40,815 nt of DNA from IMG/VR virus record IMGVR_UViG_3300006184_000006, one strand, 5' to 3'. Under the pieces are notes generated by a model that made no database searches, had not been told where the DNA came from, and saw only the letters and a program-made list of their open reading frames with translations. This DNA comes from a virus. Below, piece after piece: positions 34,063 to 40,815 of this stretch. The position numbers and the translations under genes are program-made. Every line of letters starts with the position of its first letter. The stretch's first letter is position 1.

Positions 34063-35277
34063 ATGGCAGACGACCCCCGCCCGTTTGGGCTGGTTCATGG
34101 GCGCATCTACGTCAGTGTCGGCGACACGGTGGATGCGGGGCGCGCACCGGATCAGGTGGGTACGAACGGTACCGCGATCTTCTCCGCGAACGTGGAGCGT
34201 GTCATTACGACCACTGTCGGTGCTGAACAGATTTCGTTGCCGCAGAAGATCACCGCCCAGGTGGTCAACGGTGCCCTGCAGTGGCTCGGTACGGATGATG
34301 TGCCCCTGACGGCGAACCTCGACTCTGCGGGGAACTCGCTGGGGTGGCAGTGGCGTGTCGACTGGGCGCTCACCTACACCGACCCGACAACGAACAGCCC
34401 GCAGCGGGTGACGTTGACGGGGTGGGCGTTCGACGTGAAGGTGTACAACGCTGCCGCCCCGCTCGTGGCTGGTGTGAACCCGACGCTCACGCAGATCACC
34501 ACGCAGGCGCCGGTGAATGTGGCCTCGTCCGCGCTGCTGGCGAAGGGCGATCCGGGATCGCCGATGGAACTCACTATTGGCACAGTGTCGACCACCACGG
34601 ATCCTGCTGCCGCGGCAGTAACGATCACACCCACTTCGGACCCGCTGAAGAAGGCTCTCAACTTCGTCATCCCGGTGGGGGCCGGTGGCGGTGGCGGTGG
34701 TGGCACGGGCACCGTGTCGAAGGTCAACGGTGTCTCACCGGATGGTTCTGGGGCGCTGGTTCTTTCACCGGCGAACATCGGTGCCGCTGCGGCAGTGGAT
34801 GTTCAGACCGCTCAGGCGACCGCGTCGAACGCGTTGCAGGCAGCATCGAGTGCACAGTCTGCGGCGAACGCTGCCCAGACGACGGCGAACGCGGCACAGT
34901 CGGGGCTGGCGTCGAAGGCTGATGCCGGGTCGATTCTCGGCCTGGCGCCGATCAACTCGCCCACATTCGCCGGTGACCCGAAAGCACCGACCCCTGCAAC
35001 CACCGACAACGACACGTCTCTCGCAACGACAGCGTTTGTTCGGGCTGCGATCACCCAGTACGCCCCCACGGCGTCGTCGAGTTCGAGCGTGGTCGACCTG
35101 GCATGGGATCCGACCACTCAGGCGTGGGTGTCTGGGACGGGGGCTGTTGTGACGAGTCGTCCGAACGCGAAGATCGTTCGTCTGAACGGCACCACGGATG
35201 CGGGTGCAACACGTCCTGGGTGGATGGCGACGGGTGACCAGATCATCCCTCACCCCGATTCCCCGTTGGCCGGCTGA
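34063..35277 (+). CDS. Tail fibre protein
   Basis: 404 aa with a poly-Gly hinge (GAGGGGGGGTG) and an Ala/Gln-rich coiled segment. It also carries the conserved fibre motif SPTFAGDPKAPTPATTDNDTSLATTAFV. Confidence 0.8.
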   Translation: MADDPRPFGLVHGRIYVSVGDTVDAGRAPDQVGTNGTAIFSANVERVITTTVGAEQISLPQKITAQVVNGALQWLGTDDVPLTANLDSAGNSLGWQWRVDWALTYTDPTTNSPQRVTLTGWAFDVKVYNAAAPLVAGVNPTLTQITTQAPVNVASSALLAKGDPGSPMELTIGTVSTTTDPAAAAVTITPTSDPLKKALNFVIPVGAGGGGGGGTGTVSKVNGVSPDGSGALVLSPANIGAAAAVDVQTAQATASNALQAASSAQSAANAAQTTANAAQSGLASKADAGSILGLAPINSPTFAGDPKAPTPATTDNDTSLATTAFVRAAITQYAPTASSSSSVVDLAWDPTTQAWVSGTGAVVTSRPNAKIVRLNGTTDAGATRPGWMATGDQIIPHPDSPLAG

Positions 35278-36383
35278 TGGGTGGACGCACGGTTCTCCGG
35301 GTGCTCACCGCTCCGGGAGTGTTACGGGGCAAGAGTCTCCCGGATGTGACGTTCGGTGGGTCGCAAACCTACCCGGTGGCGACGACTCGGATCTCCACCC
35401 TTCCGGGGTATCCGTCGCTGCGGTCGGTGATCAACGCCCTGTCCACGGATACGGTTATCGACCTCGAGGGCGGCACCTTCCAGGACAGCGACTTCTCCAT
35501 GGGTGGGAACGTCTACACCTACTTCGGTGGCAAGCTCATCGGGCTGGTTAACGGGTCGACCGCTCAGAAGCCCAACTCGTCGACCCATGCGGCTGCGGTG
35601 AATGCTCAGGTAGCGGCGAACAGTGGAACGGTGCAGGAGACGTTTCTTCGCCTGGGCCGTGGCATCGTCCAGACGACGCAGGCGTACGTCGCCGACCTCA
35701 CGCTGATCGCGACTGCGCAGGGTCACATCTACAACGGCATCAACATCTACTGGTGCACGGACGCACTGATCGAACGCCTCACGGTGAAGGGCTACCCGGG
35801 CTCCGCTTCGTACCCGCCCGGTGAGACGTTCCAATTCAACAACTTCCACTCGATCCGCACCGTCGTGAAGGACTCCCTGTTCGACGGTATCGGCGTCACG
35901 GCGTCGAACACCGGCAACAACTCGTCGGTGACGATGACCTACATCCGCTGCCAGTTCCTGAACACGGGCTCTGGTCACGGCGTCGCTCACTACCTCTCGT
36001 CCGACCCGACGTACATCGACTGCCTGTTCTCGGGCAACGCGAAGTCAGGGGCGAACTTCGAGAAGGTCACCGGGACCATCACGATGGTCAACCCGACGTT
36101 CCACGCGAATCAGGTCAACATGATCGTCGATACGGACGGCCCCAGCGCCGTCGTGAACATCTACGACCCTGTCTGGGACGGCATGGACACAGGCACGAAG
36201 TTCAAGATCCTCCGCCACAACACCTACAACTACCCACCCCCGGCCGTGGACGCGAACAAGCAGCTCGTGTCCGGCTTCCACATCTTCCGTGGCGGGACAT
36301 GGTCGGGCGGAGAGCACGGCGCCGGCACGTACGTCGGCGGCACCGAAACCACATCGACCGACCTCCAAGTCGTCACCAACTAG
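35277..36383 (+). CDS. Right-handed beta-helix (pectate-lyase fold) protein; tailspike/depolymerase candidate
   Basis: 368 aa with repetitive beta-helix-like turns: NGINIYWCTDALIERLTVKG, FHSIRTVVKDSLFDG, MTYIRCQFLNTGSGHG, PTYIDCLFSGNAKSG and ITMVNPTFHANQ. Confidence 0.65.
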   Translation: MGGRTVLRVLTAPGVLRGKSLPDVTFGGSQTYPVATTRISTLPGYPSLRSVINALSTDTVIDLEGGTFQDSDFSMGGNVYTYFGGKLIGLVNGSTAQKPNSSTHAAAVNAQVAANSGTVQETFLRLGRGIVQTTQAYVADLTLIATAQGHIYNGINIYWCTDALIERLTVKGYPGSASYPPGETFQFNNFHSIRTVVKDSLFDGIGVTASNTGNNSSVTMTYIRCQFLNTGSGHGVAHYLSSDPTYIDCLFSGNAKSGANFEKVTGTITMVNPTFHANQVNMIVDTDGPSAVVNIYDPVWDGMDTGTKFKILRHNTYNYPPPAVDANKQLVSGFHIFRGGTWSGGEHGAGTYVGGTETTSTDLQVVTN

Positions 36384-36392
36384 GAGCAACCC

Positions 36393-37316
36393 ATGGCAAC
36401 CCGATACGTTCAGAGCTTCGAGAGCGGTGGAGCCGTCGGCTCGCCCGTGACGACGATCAACCCTTCCGGCGACAAGCCCTTCTCCGCGAATCCCCAGGGC
36501 ACGGTCGTCGTCGACAACACCCATGTCGCCCACGGCTCCAAGAGCGGGAAGTTCTCTCCCACGGCAGGTGCAACATGCTCGGCGCGCTGGACGGGCCTGA
36601 ACGTTCCTGTCGGCTCGACCTTCGGCGTCAGCGGCTACGGATGGTACGACGCGATCTCGGCCTCCGAGACGTACATCTGGCGTCTCAACGACACGGCCGG
36701 CGCTCTCATGTGCATGATCGAGATGTCCAACACCGGCAAGTTTCGCCTCATCGACAAGAACGGCACCACCACGCCGCTCTTCAACAGCGGCCTCAACCTC
36801 CCGACAGGGCAGGAGATCCGCTACGAGGTCTTCGGAACCATCGGGGCCTCGGCCCCGCTCAAGTGCGCCCTTTTCGCCGGTGACTCACTCACCCCGTTGG
36901 CCGGCTACAGCACGAGCGTCAGCAACGCCAACCTCGGCACGACGGCAGGCGACGTGTCCCTCTTCGGCAAGGGCGACACGGGCTCCTACGCGACCCCGTT
37001 CTGGCAGGACAGCCTGCAATTCGAGGTCGGCGGCGCCGACTTCATCGGCCCGTGGGTCTCCCAGCTCGCCACCCCCGCCCTCTCGCTCGAGAACAGCATC
37101 AACCCGACCACCGCGGGCGGGTCCGACGGGCAGGCGACCGTCTCCTGGGCGGCCGTGCCCGGCGCCGGTTCGTACAACGCCTACAAGAGCACCCTGGCGA
37201 GCCCCACGGACGCCCAGCTCGCGGCCGGCCTCGTCCAGGCGGGCGTCACGTCGCCCTTCACCTTCACGGGCCTCAAGGCGGGCGGCACGACGGTCGCCAT
37301 CCAGGCGGAGCCGTAG
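36393..37316 (+). CDS. Jelly-roll (LamG/concanavalin-like) protein with a C-terminal fibronectin type III domain
   Basis: 307 aa. The C-terminal GQATVSWAAVPGAGSYNAYKS...FTFTGLKAGGTTVAIQA is an FN3 pattern. The assignment of the N-terminal 220 aa as a beta-sandwich is tentative. Confidence 0.55.
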   Translation: MATRYVQSFESGGAVGSPVTTINPSGDKPFSANPQGTVVVDNTHVAHGSKSGKFSPTAGATCSARWTGLNVPVGSTFGVSGYGWYDAISASETYIWRLNDTAGALMCMIEMSNTGKFRLIDKNGTTTPLFNSGLNLPTGQEIRYEVFGTIGASAPLKCALFAGDSLTPLAGYSTSVSNANLGTTAGDVSLFGKGDTGSYATPFWQDSLQFEVGGADFIGPWVSQLATPALSLENSINPTTAGGSDGQATVSWAAVPGAGSYNAYKSTLASPTDAQLAAGLVQAGVTSPFTFTGLKAGGTTVAIQAEP

Positions 37317-37319
37317 GCC

Positions 37320-37691
37320 ATGGTCTACACAGCCTCGGCGATGGGCCAAGCCTCCGTGACCCTGTCGGACCCTAGCGCTGCGCTCCTGAGTGCGTCGTTC
37401 ATGGGAACCATCGGAGTGACGCTGGCTGATCCGGCCGCAGCCGTTATCGGTGCGTCACCAATGGGTCGAGCCGCCGTAACCCTGTCCGATCCCACGGCCC
37501 CATCCATCGCGGCGTCGCCCATGGGGAGACTCGCAGTGACACTGGTCGACCCGATCAGCGCATCGCCTTCGCCCATGGGCAAGCTAACAATCGGCCTCAC
37601 CGACCCGCACAAACCAATCGGTGTCCTGATGGCGAACGGGACGATCAAGTTCTCTCCGATCCTCACATGGGATGGGACCAAACTCAGATGA
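37320..37691 (+). CDS. Repeat protein (123 aa) built from about five 20-aa units (AS-x-MG-xxx-VTL-x-DP...)
   Basis: ASAMGQASVTLSDPSAALLS / ASFMGTIGVTLADPAAAVIG / ASPMGRAAVTLSDPTAPSIA / ASPMGRLAVTLVDPIS / SPMGKLTIGLTDPHKP. Confidence 0.6.
   Translation: MVYTASAMGQASVTLSDPSAALLSASFMGTIGVTLADPAAAVIGASPMGRAAVTLSDPTAPSIAASPMGRLAVTLVDPISASPSPMGKLTIGLTDPHKPIGVLMANGTIKFSPILTWDGTKLR
37331..37610 (+). repeat. Imperfect tandem repeat, 60-bp period, about 4.7 copies (coding)
   Basis: ATGGG recurs at 37341, 37401, 37461, 37521 and 37575, with a conserved GTGAC..CTG..GA.CC core. Confidence 0.8.
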
Positions 37692-38880
37692 TCACACTGG
37701 CCCCCTCGGGTCTGCCTTCGGGCAGGTCCGAGGGGGTCTTTCGTGCATTCAGGGCATGCCCGACATGACGGGACAGGGCGATGGATGGGCGTTCCACGAC
37801 CCGGTAGAACCCCTCTGCCGCGAGAAGAACCACCGGGATGGTCACGGCGGCGATCAGTAGCCATGACCACCCGTCTGCACCGACGAGAAGGGCTGTGGCG
37901 ACCAGGATCGGTTCGTGGATGAGGTACAGGCTGAACGACCGTGAGCCTGCCCACTGGACCGGGCGGGCCTCGAGCGGCCGGCGTGCGGGACTGGTGAACG
38001 CGAGGACGATGATCATCGTTACACCGGTGAGGCTGAGCAGGTAGGCGAACGCTTGCGGGACACCGTATCCGGGTGGGGTGATCATGCTTGGGGAGATGGT
38101 GAGGAGCAGGGCGCCGATGATGAGCGGCCACCATGTGCGCACCCGTGATGCTGCAGTGGTGAGGCGTTCATGGTTGAACGCGATCAGCATGCCGATTCCG
38201 AATACGGGGAGGTACTGCAACAGGTCGGCGGTGAGCCACGCGACGGGGAGAGCGTGGCGCACGTTGTCGAAGCGGGAGAGCACAGAGATGACCATCAGGG
38301 TCGGGATCGCCGCCCACCACCACCGGTCGGCCCGCAACCAGCGGATGAGGAGGAACATGACCGGCATGAGGAGAGAGAACCAGACCTCCCAGGTGAGGGA
38401 CCACAGAGGGCTGTTGAGGTTCGATGTGCCGAACAGCAGGACGGCGTCGTGGATGAACGACCCTAAGGTGGGGGCGTGGTGAGATCCCAACCAGCCCTGC
38501 CCAGGTTGCCGGGGCACCAGGACAGCGAGGCCCAAGGCGACGATCAGAGACGACCAGACCGGGATGTAGAGGCGAATGATGCGGCGCCCGTAGTAGGCGA
38601 GCGTGGACCGGCCGGTGGGTGGCTTGTGGAGGAAGGGGAGGGTGAGCACGAACCCGGAGAGGACGAAGAACACCAGGACGGCTTCATGGCCGGCGAGGAG
38701 CAACCTCAAGGGTGTAGCGTACAGCCACCATTCCGGGGTGAACAGGGTGGGGTTGGTCTTGTCGACGTAGATCGTTGACATGGCGGGGACGATGAGGAGT
38801 GCGTGGTAGCCGACGACGATGACGGCTGCTACACCTCGGAGCCCGTCGAGAGACTGAAACCGTTGGTGAGGGGTGCTCAT
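37684..38880 (-). CDS. Acyltransferase family 3 (OafA/Oac-like integral membrane O-acyltransferase)
   Basis: 398 aa with about 10 TM segments. The N-terminal FQSLDGLRGVAAVIVVGYH...LLAGHEAVLVFFVLSGF is the acyl_transf_3 signature. It converges on the upstream plus-strand gene with an 8-nt overlap. Confidence 0.88.
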   Translation of the reverse strand: MSTPHQRFQSLDGLRGVAAVIVVGYHALLIVPAMSTIYVDKTNPTLFTPEWWLYATPLRLLLAGHEAVLVFFVLSGFVLTLPFLHKPPTGRSTLAYYGRRIIRLYIPVWSSLIVALGLAVLVPRQPGQGWLGSHHAPTLGSFIHDAVLLFGTSNLNSPLWSLTWEVWFSLLMPVMFLLIRWLRADRWWWAAIPTLMVISVLSRFDNVRHALPVAWLTADLLQYLPVFGIGMLIAFNHERLTTAASRVRTWWPLIIGALLLTISPSMITPPGYGVPQAFAYLLSLTGVTMIIVLAFTSPARRPLEARPVQWAGSRSFSLYLIHEPILVATALLVGADGWSWLLIAAVTIPVVLLAAEGFYRVVERPSIALSRHVGHALNARKTPSDLPEGRPEGASVII

Positions 38881-38963
38881 GTTTCGTGAGGATACCTACA
38901 CGGTCTGCCCCCTGACCTCACCCCAATCCGGGTGTCAAGCGGACTTGAACCGTCGCCCTGAAC

Positions 38964-38991
38964 ATGCAAGCGAAACGCGATTCACTTGCAT
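38964..38991. repeat. Inverted repeat ATGCAAG-(14 nt)-CTTGCAT between the 129-aa gene and the acyltransferase gene
   Basis: 7-bp arms at 38964-70 and 38985-91. Confidence 0.5.
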
Positions 38992-38998
38992 CGGGGTG

Positions 38999-39025
38999 GA
39001 TCATCATGGTGATCATCATGATGAT
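38999..39025. repeat. GATCATCATG direct repeat (x2) overlapping the 14-bp palindrome ATCATCATGATGAT
   Basis: The direct repeats lie at 38999-39008 and 39011-39020. The palindrome lies at 39012-39025 and straddles the stop codon of the 129-aa ORF. Confidence 0.5.
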
Positions 39026-39405
39026 GACCCCTGACGGTGTTCGCGCCAGAACTTCACGAGCTCGCCGGCGGGTGGTTTCGCTGCAGCCATCACACTGTTG
39101 TCCGTCCGCCGCGCAGCCATGTGATGCCGCCACTCCTCGAACGCGATCCGGTAGTCCCACCCCAACTGACACGCCTGATCGAACGATCGCACCCACCCGA
39201 TCAGCTCCCTGGCCTCGCTCGTGGGCGCATACGTGACAACCCGGAACCATTCCTCGGGCCGGTTCGGATCACCCTTCAGGAACCGCCTCACGACCGCGTA
39301 CGGCACCTGAGACTCCGACACCCGCAGCAACCACTCGGTCGGGCGCGCGTAGGAGGTAGGGGACCAGTCAGACACCAGGACAGGATAGGTCCCCACCCCC
39401 GACAC
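39016..39405 (-). CDS. Hypothetical Trp-rich protein (129 aa), prophage cargo
   Basis: High GC3 in this frame and a GTG start (the start is uncertain). No motif was recognised. Confidence 0.6.
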   Translation of the reverse strand: MSGVGTYPVLVSDWSPTSYARPTEWLLRVSESQVPYAVVRRFLKGDPNRPEEWFRVVTYAPTSEARELIGWVRSFDQACQLGWDYRIAFEEWRHHMAARRTDNSVMAAAKPPAGELVKFWREHRQGSSS

Positions 39406-39410
39406 GAGAA

Positions 39411-39438
39411 CACCCCCGAAGCCGTAGCTACGGGGGTG
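39411..39438 (-). terminator. Stem-loop downstream of the HTH gene (I-shaped terminator candidate, no U-tract)
   Basis: CACCCCCG-(12 nt)-CGGGGGTG, an 8-bp GC-rich stem. Confidence 0.4.
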
Positions 39439-39475
39439 CGATTCTCATTTGCGGATGAGGTTGGGTGTGGTGATG

Positions 39476-39982
39476 CTAGGCGATCGCCTTCTTCGGGCGG
39501 CCACCGCTGGTGTTGCGGGTTTCAAGCCACCGGGCGACAGCGTGCCGTCCCATCAGCGGGCCCTGAGCGGTCTCTATGACCGGTTTGGGGAACCCGCTGA
39601 TGGATGCGAACTGCCGCGCCCGCTGACGAGAGACACCAGCCATGTCAGCGATCTCCGCGTAACCGACGACCTCCGGGAAGAGAGGGCGTGCAAGCTCAGC
39701 ATCGACTGCGGACTCGGAAAGAACCTCAATCCCGGTCACACTGATCGAACCAAGGATCGGTTCGGCTGCAGATGTGACGAGACGGGTTGCTTCCGCGGCT
39801 GCGTCCAAAGGCGTCGCAGCCTCAACGGAGAGGGTGACAGACCCTCCCGAGAGGTCGCGCTCGACACTCATCGCGGCGCCGTGGGTGAGCAGCGCCTCGA
39901 TGGTGTCGAAGGCCGCGTCTTCGGTGAACGGGTGGGCGCTCATGAATGCGACGCTGGCCTGCCAGTTAGTCATAAGGGGCAT
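39476..39982 (-). CDS. Two-domain protein: unrecognised N-terminal alpha/beta domain plus C-terminal HTH (HicB-like antitoxin candidate)
   Basis: The C-terminal VGYAEIADMAGVSRQRARQFASISGFPKP...HAVARWLE is an HTH. AGGAAGGA lies upstream of the ATGs at 39982 and 39973. The track ORF starts at a TTG at 40000. Confidence 0.65.
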   Translation of the reverse strand: MPLMTNWQASVAFMSAHPFTEDAAFDTIEALLTHGAAMSVERDLSGGSVTLSVEAATPLDAAAEATRLVTSAAEPILGSISVTGIEVLSESAVDAELARPLFPEVVGYAEIADMAGVSRQRARQFASISGFPKPVIETAQGPLMGRHAVARWLETRNTSGGRPKKAIA

Positions 39983-40053
39983 TTCCTTCCTGATCTCCAA
40001 TTTGATGGTTGCAATTTTCGGAGGATGTTCGCCAAGGCATGTGTGTTAGGTTT

Positions 40054-40087
40054 GGGGGAAAGCTGGTCTGCAAACTTGCTTTCCCCC
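40054..40087 (-). terminator. Perfect 10-bp-stem hairpin between the HicA-like and HTH genes
   Basis: GGGGGAAAGC-(14 nt)-GCTTTCCCCC. There is no U-tract on either strand. Confidence 0.4.
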
Positions 40088-40105
40088 GCACCCAACAGCA
40101 TCCGC

Positions 40106-40423
40106 TTACTGGTTGTATCCGCGCTGCCTCAGCAGCGAGAGGGTATTCGCATACCATCTGTGGTCGGACGAGGTCTTATGGATCAAGACCCCCGACAGGG
40201 ACTCATCGGGTGGATAGCACATCCAGCCTTTTTTGACGGTAGCGATCCGCCATCCCTGATCTGCCAGCTTGTCGAGAAGCGGCTTGATGCGCTTATCGAT
40301 AGGGCGAACCTCCTCTGTGTAGTTGTTTGACGAGGCGGTTGCCTTGTCGATGACAAGCATAACACAACTATTCCCATCGACAACAGAACCGTCACGACCC
40401 TGATGCCCTGTACCCCAGTCCAC
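40106..40423 (-). CDS. HicA-like (YcfA/dsRBD-fold) protein lacking the canonical catalytic His; toxin candidate
   Basis: The C-terminal 55 aa, LLDKLADQGWRIATVKKGWMCYPPDE..GVLIHKTSSDHRWYANTLSLLRQRGY, follows the HicA pattern l..L...Gw......kGsH......v.iH...d......sil.q.G. Trp replaces the GSH histidine. GC3 supports this frame. The start is uncertain (GTG 40423 or ATG 40360). Confidence 0.4.
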   Translation of the reverse strand: MDWGTGHQGRDGSVVDGNSCVMLVIDKATASSNNYTEEVRPIDKRIKPLLDKLADQGWRIATVKKGWMCYPPDESLSGVLIHKTSSDHRWYANTLSLLRQRGYNQ

Positions 40424-40441
40424 CCCATTGCAGGGGAAGGG

Positions 40442-40621
40442 CTACTGCTCATCACCTCGCACGAGGACGAAGCTCACCGGGCCAATAACCTGGGCTCGAA
40501 TGACCTGCTTGATCTGCCAGCCGAGGCGTGACCACTTGTTGAGCTCTGCGGTGATGTTCTCGTCTACGCGGTCGCTCTTATTGCCAGGGTGATACGTGAC
40601 GAACCTGTACTCGACAGCCAT
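40442..40621 (-). CDS. DUF4177-like small protein (59 aa)
   Basis: Hand translation: MAVEYRFVTYHPGNKSDRVDENITAELNKWSRLGWQIKQVIRAQVIGPVSFVLVRGDEQ. The pattern (YxxV...LN.....GW....V) resembles DUF4177. It falls below the ORF-track length cut-off. Confidence 0.45.
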   Translation of the reverse strand: MAVEYRFVTYHPGNKSDRVDENITAELNKWSRLGWQIKQVIRAQVIGPVSFVLVRGDEQ

Positions 40622-40665
40622 GCGATCGAGACTAGGCCCATGCGCAGTTTATTGGCGGTTTTGAC

Positions 40666-40768
40666 GCGTGAATCCCCGTGAACTGCGGTGATGAAACGGC
40701 CAAGGATCTGCGCATCAAAGCCCCGGTCAGCCCGAGTATCGATGATGACGAGTGATGATGCGTGAATC
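40666..40768. repeat. Two copies of GA(C/T)GCGTGAATC, 94 bp apart, beside the attR core (candidate integrase arm-type sites)
   Basis: gcgtgaatc occurs at 40666-40674 and 40760-40768. A related inverted GATTCGCAC lies at 85-93 beside attL. Confidence 0.3.
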
Positions 40769-40777
40769 AGGCTTGTT

Positions 40778-40810
40778 GAAGCTGAAGTTCTACCATTGAA
40801 CTACACTCGC
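40778..40810 (-). pseudogene. Duplicated tRNA 5'-half fragment at attR (not a functional tRNA)
   Basis: It has the same 33 nt as the attL copy. It continues into AACAAGCCTGATTCACGC, which has no complement to the TCAGC stem and no GGTTCGA-type T-arm. Confidence 0.6.
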
Positions 40811-40815
40811 GTGGC
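40778..40815. repeat. attR core (38-bp direct repeat, identical to 1-38)
   Basis: Exact copy of nt 1-38. Confidence 0.9.

Larger units (their letters stand above)
1..40815. mobile_element. Complete integrated temperate prophage (siphovirus-type, actinobacterial), bounded by attL/attR direct repeats
   Basis: Identical 38-bp repeats lie at both window ends. An integrase sits next to attL. A full set of lysogeny, replication/recombination, packaging, head, tail and lysis genes lies in between. Confidence 0.93.

Noticed and set aside
37331-37610. Regularly spaced 60-bp repeats considered as a possible CRISPR-like array
   Set aside because: There is no repeat/spacer alternation. The units are contiguous, diverged, in frame and translate to a conserved 20-aa motif. 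No cas genes are present in the window.
40622-40650. Leaderless-type promoter (TAGTCT -10, 7 nt before ATG 40621) for the DUF4177-like gene
   Set aside because: The -10 fits TAnnnT, but no acceptable -35 could be found at 16-18 nt. This is too weak to list as a feature.
40740-40815. Possibility that the attR copy is an intact tRNA gene
   Set aside because: After TCAGC-TTC the sequence is AACAAGCCTGATTCACGCATCATC. It has no GCTGA complement for the anticodon stem and no T-arm (GGTTCGA-like) or acceptor 3' strand.

Overview
The window is one complete integrated temperate siphovirus-type prophage of about 40.8 kb in a high-GC actinobacterium. The host assignment rests on a WhiB gene, leaderless-type promoters and the absence of a LysB gene. 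The prophage is bounded by a perfect 38-bp direct repeat (1-38 and 40778-40815). This repeat corresponds to the 5' half of a Gly-like tRNA gene on the minus strand.

Gene order from left to right:
- Minus-strand lysogeny operon: XRE repressor, ImmA-like metalloprotease and tyrosine integrase.
- Divergent leaderless switch with palindromic operators.
- Cro-like, Xis-like and antirepressor genes.
- A chain of about 14 translationally coupled tiny ORFs.
- Recombination module: RecB/Cas4-like exonuclease, Sak4-like ATPase, WhiB and RusA.
- Two orphan DNA methyltransferases flanking an HNH gene.
- More small early genes.
- A C-rich non-coding early/late boundary with an intrinsic terminator.
- HNH, TerS, TerL, portal, MuF-like, scaffold and major capsid genes.
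- Head-tail joining genes, major tail protein, and G/GT chaperones with an A_AAA_AAA -1 slippery site.
- An antisense membrane-protein gene.
- Tape measure and minor tail proteins.
- M15 endolysin plus three membrane (holin-like) proteins.
- A post-lysis host-recognition module: tail fibre, beta-helix depolymerase-like protein, LamG/FN3 protein and a 60-bp-repeat protein.
- A minus-strand cargo block next to attR: acyltransferase-3, an unknown 129-aa protein, an HTH protein, a HicA-like protein and a DUF4177-like protein.

The best candidates for new biology are the attR-proximal cargo cassette, the antisense gene between the tail chaperone and tape measure genes, the pairing of depolymerase with acyltransferase, and the 5'-half tRNA integration geometry. 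All functional calls come from motif recognition by eye. No database search was possible.
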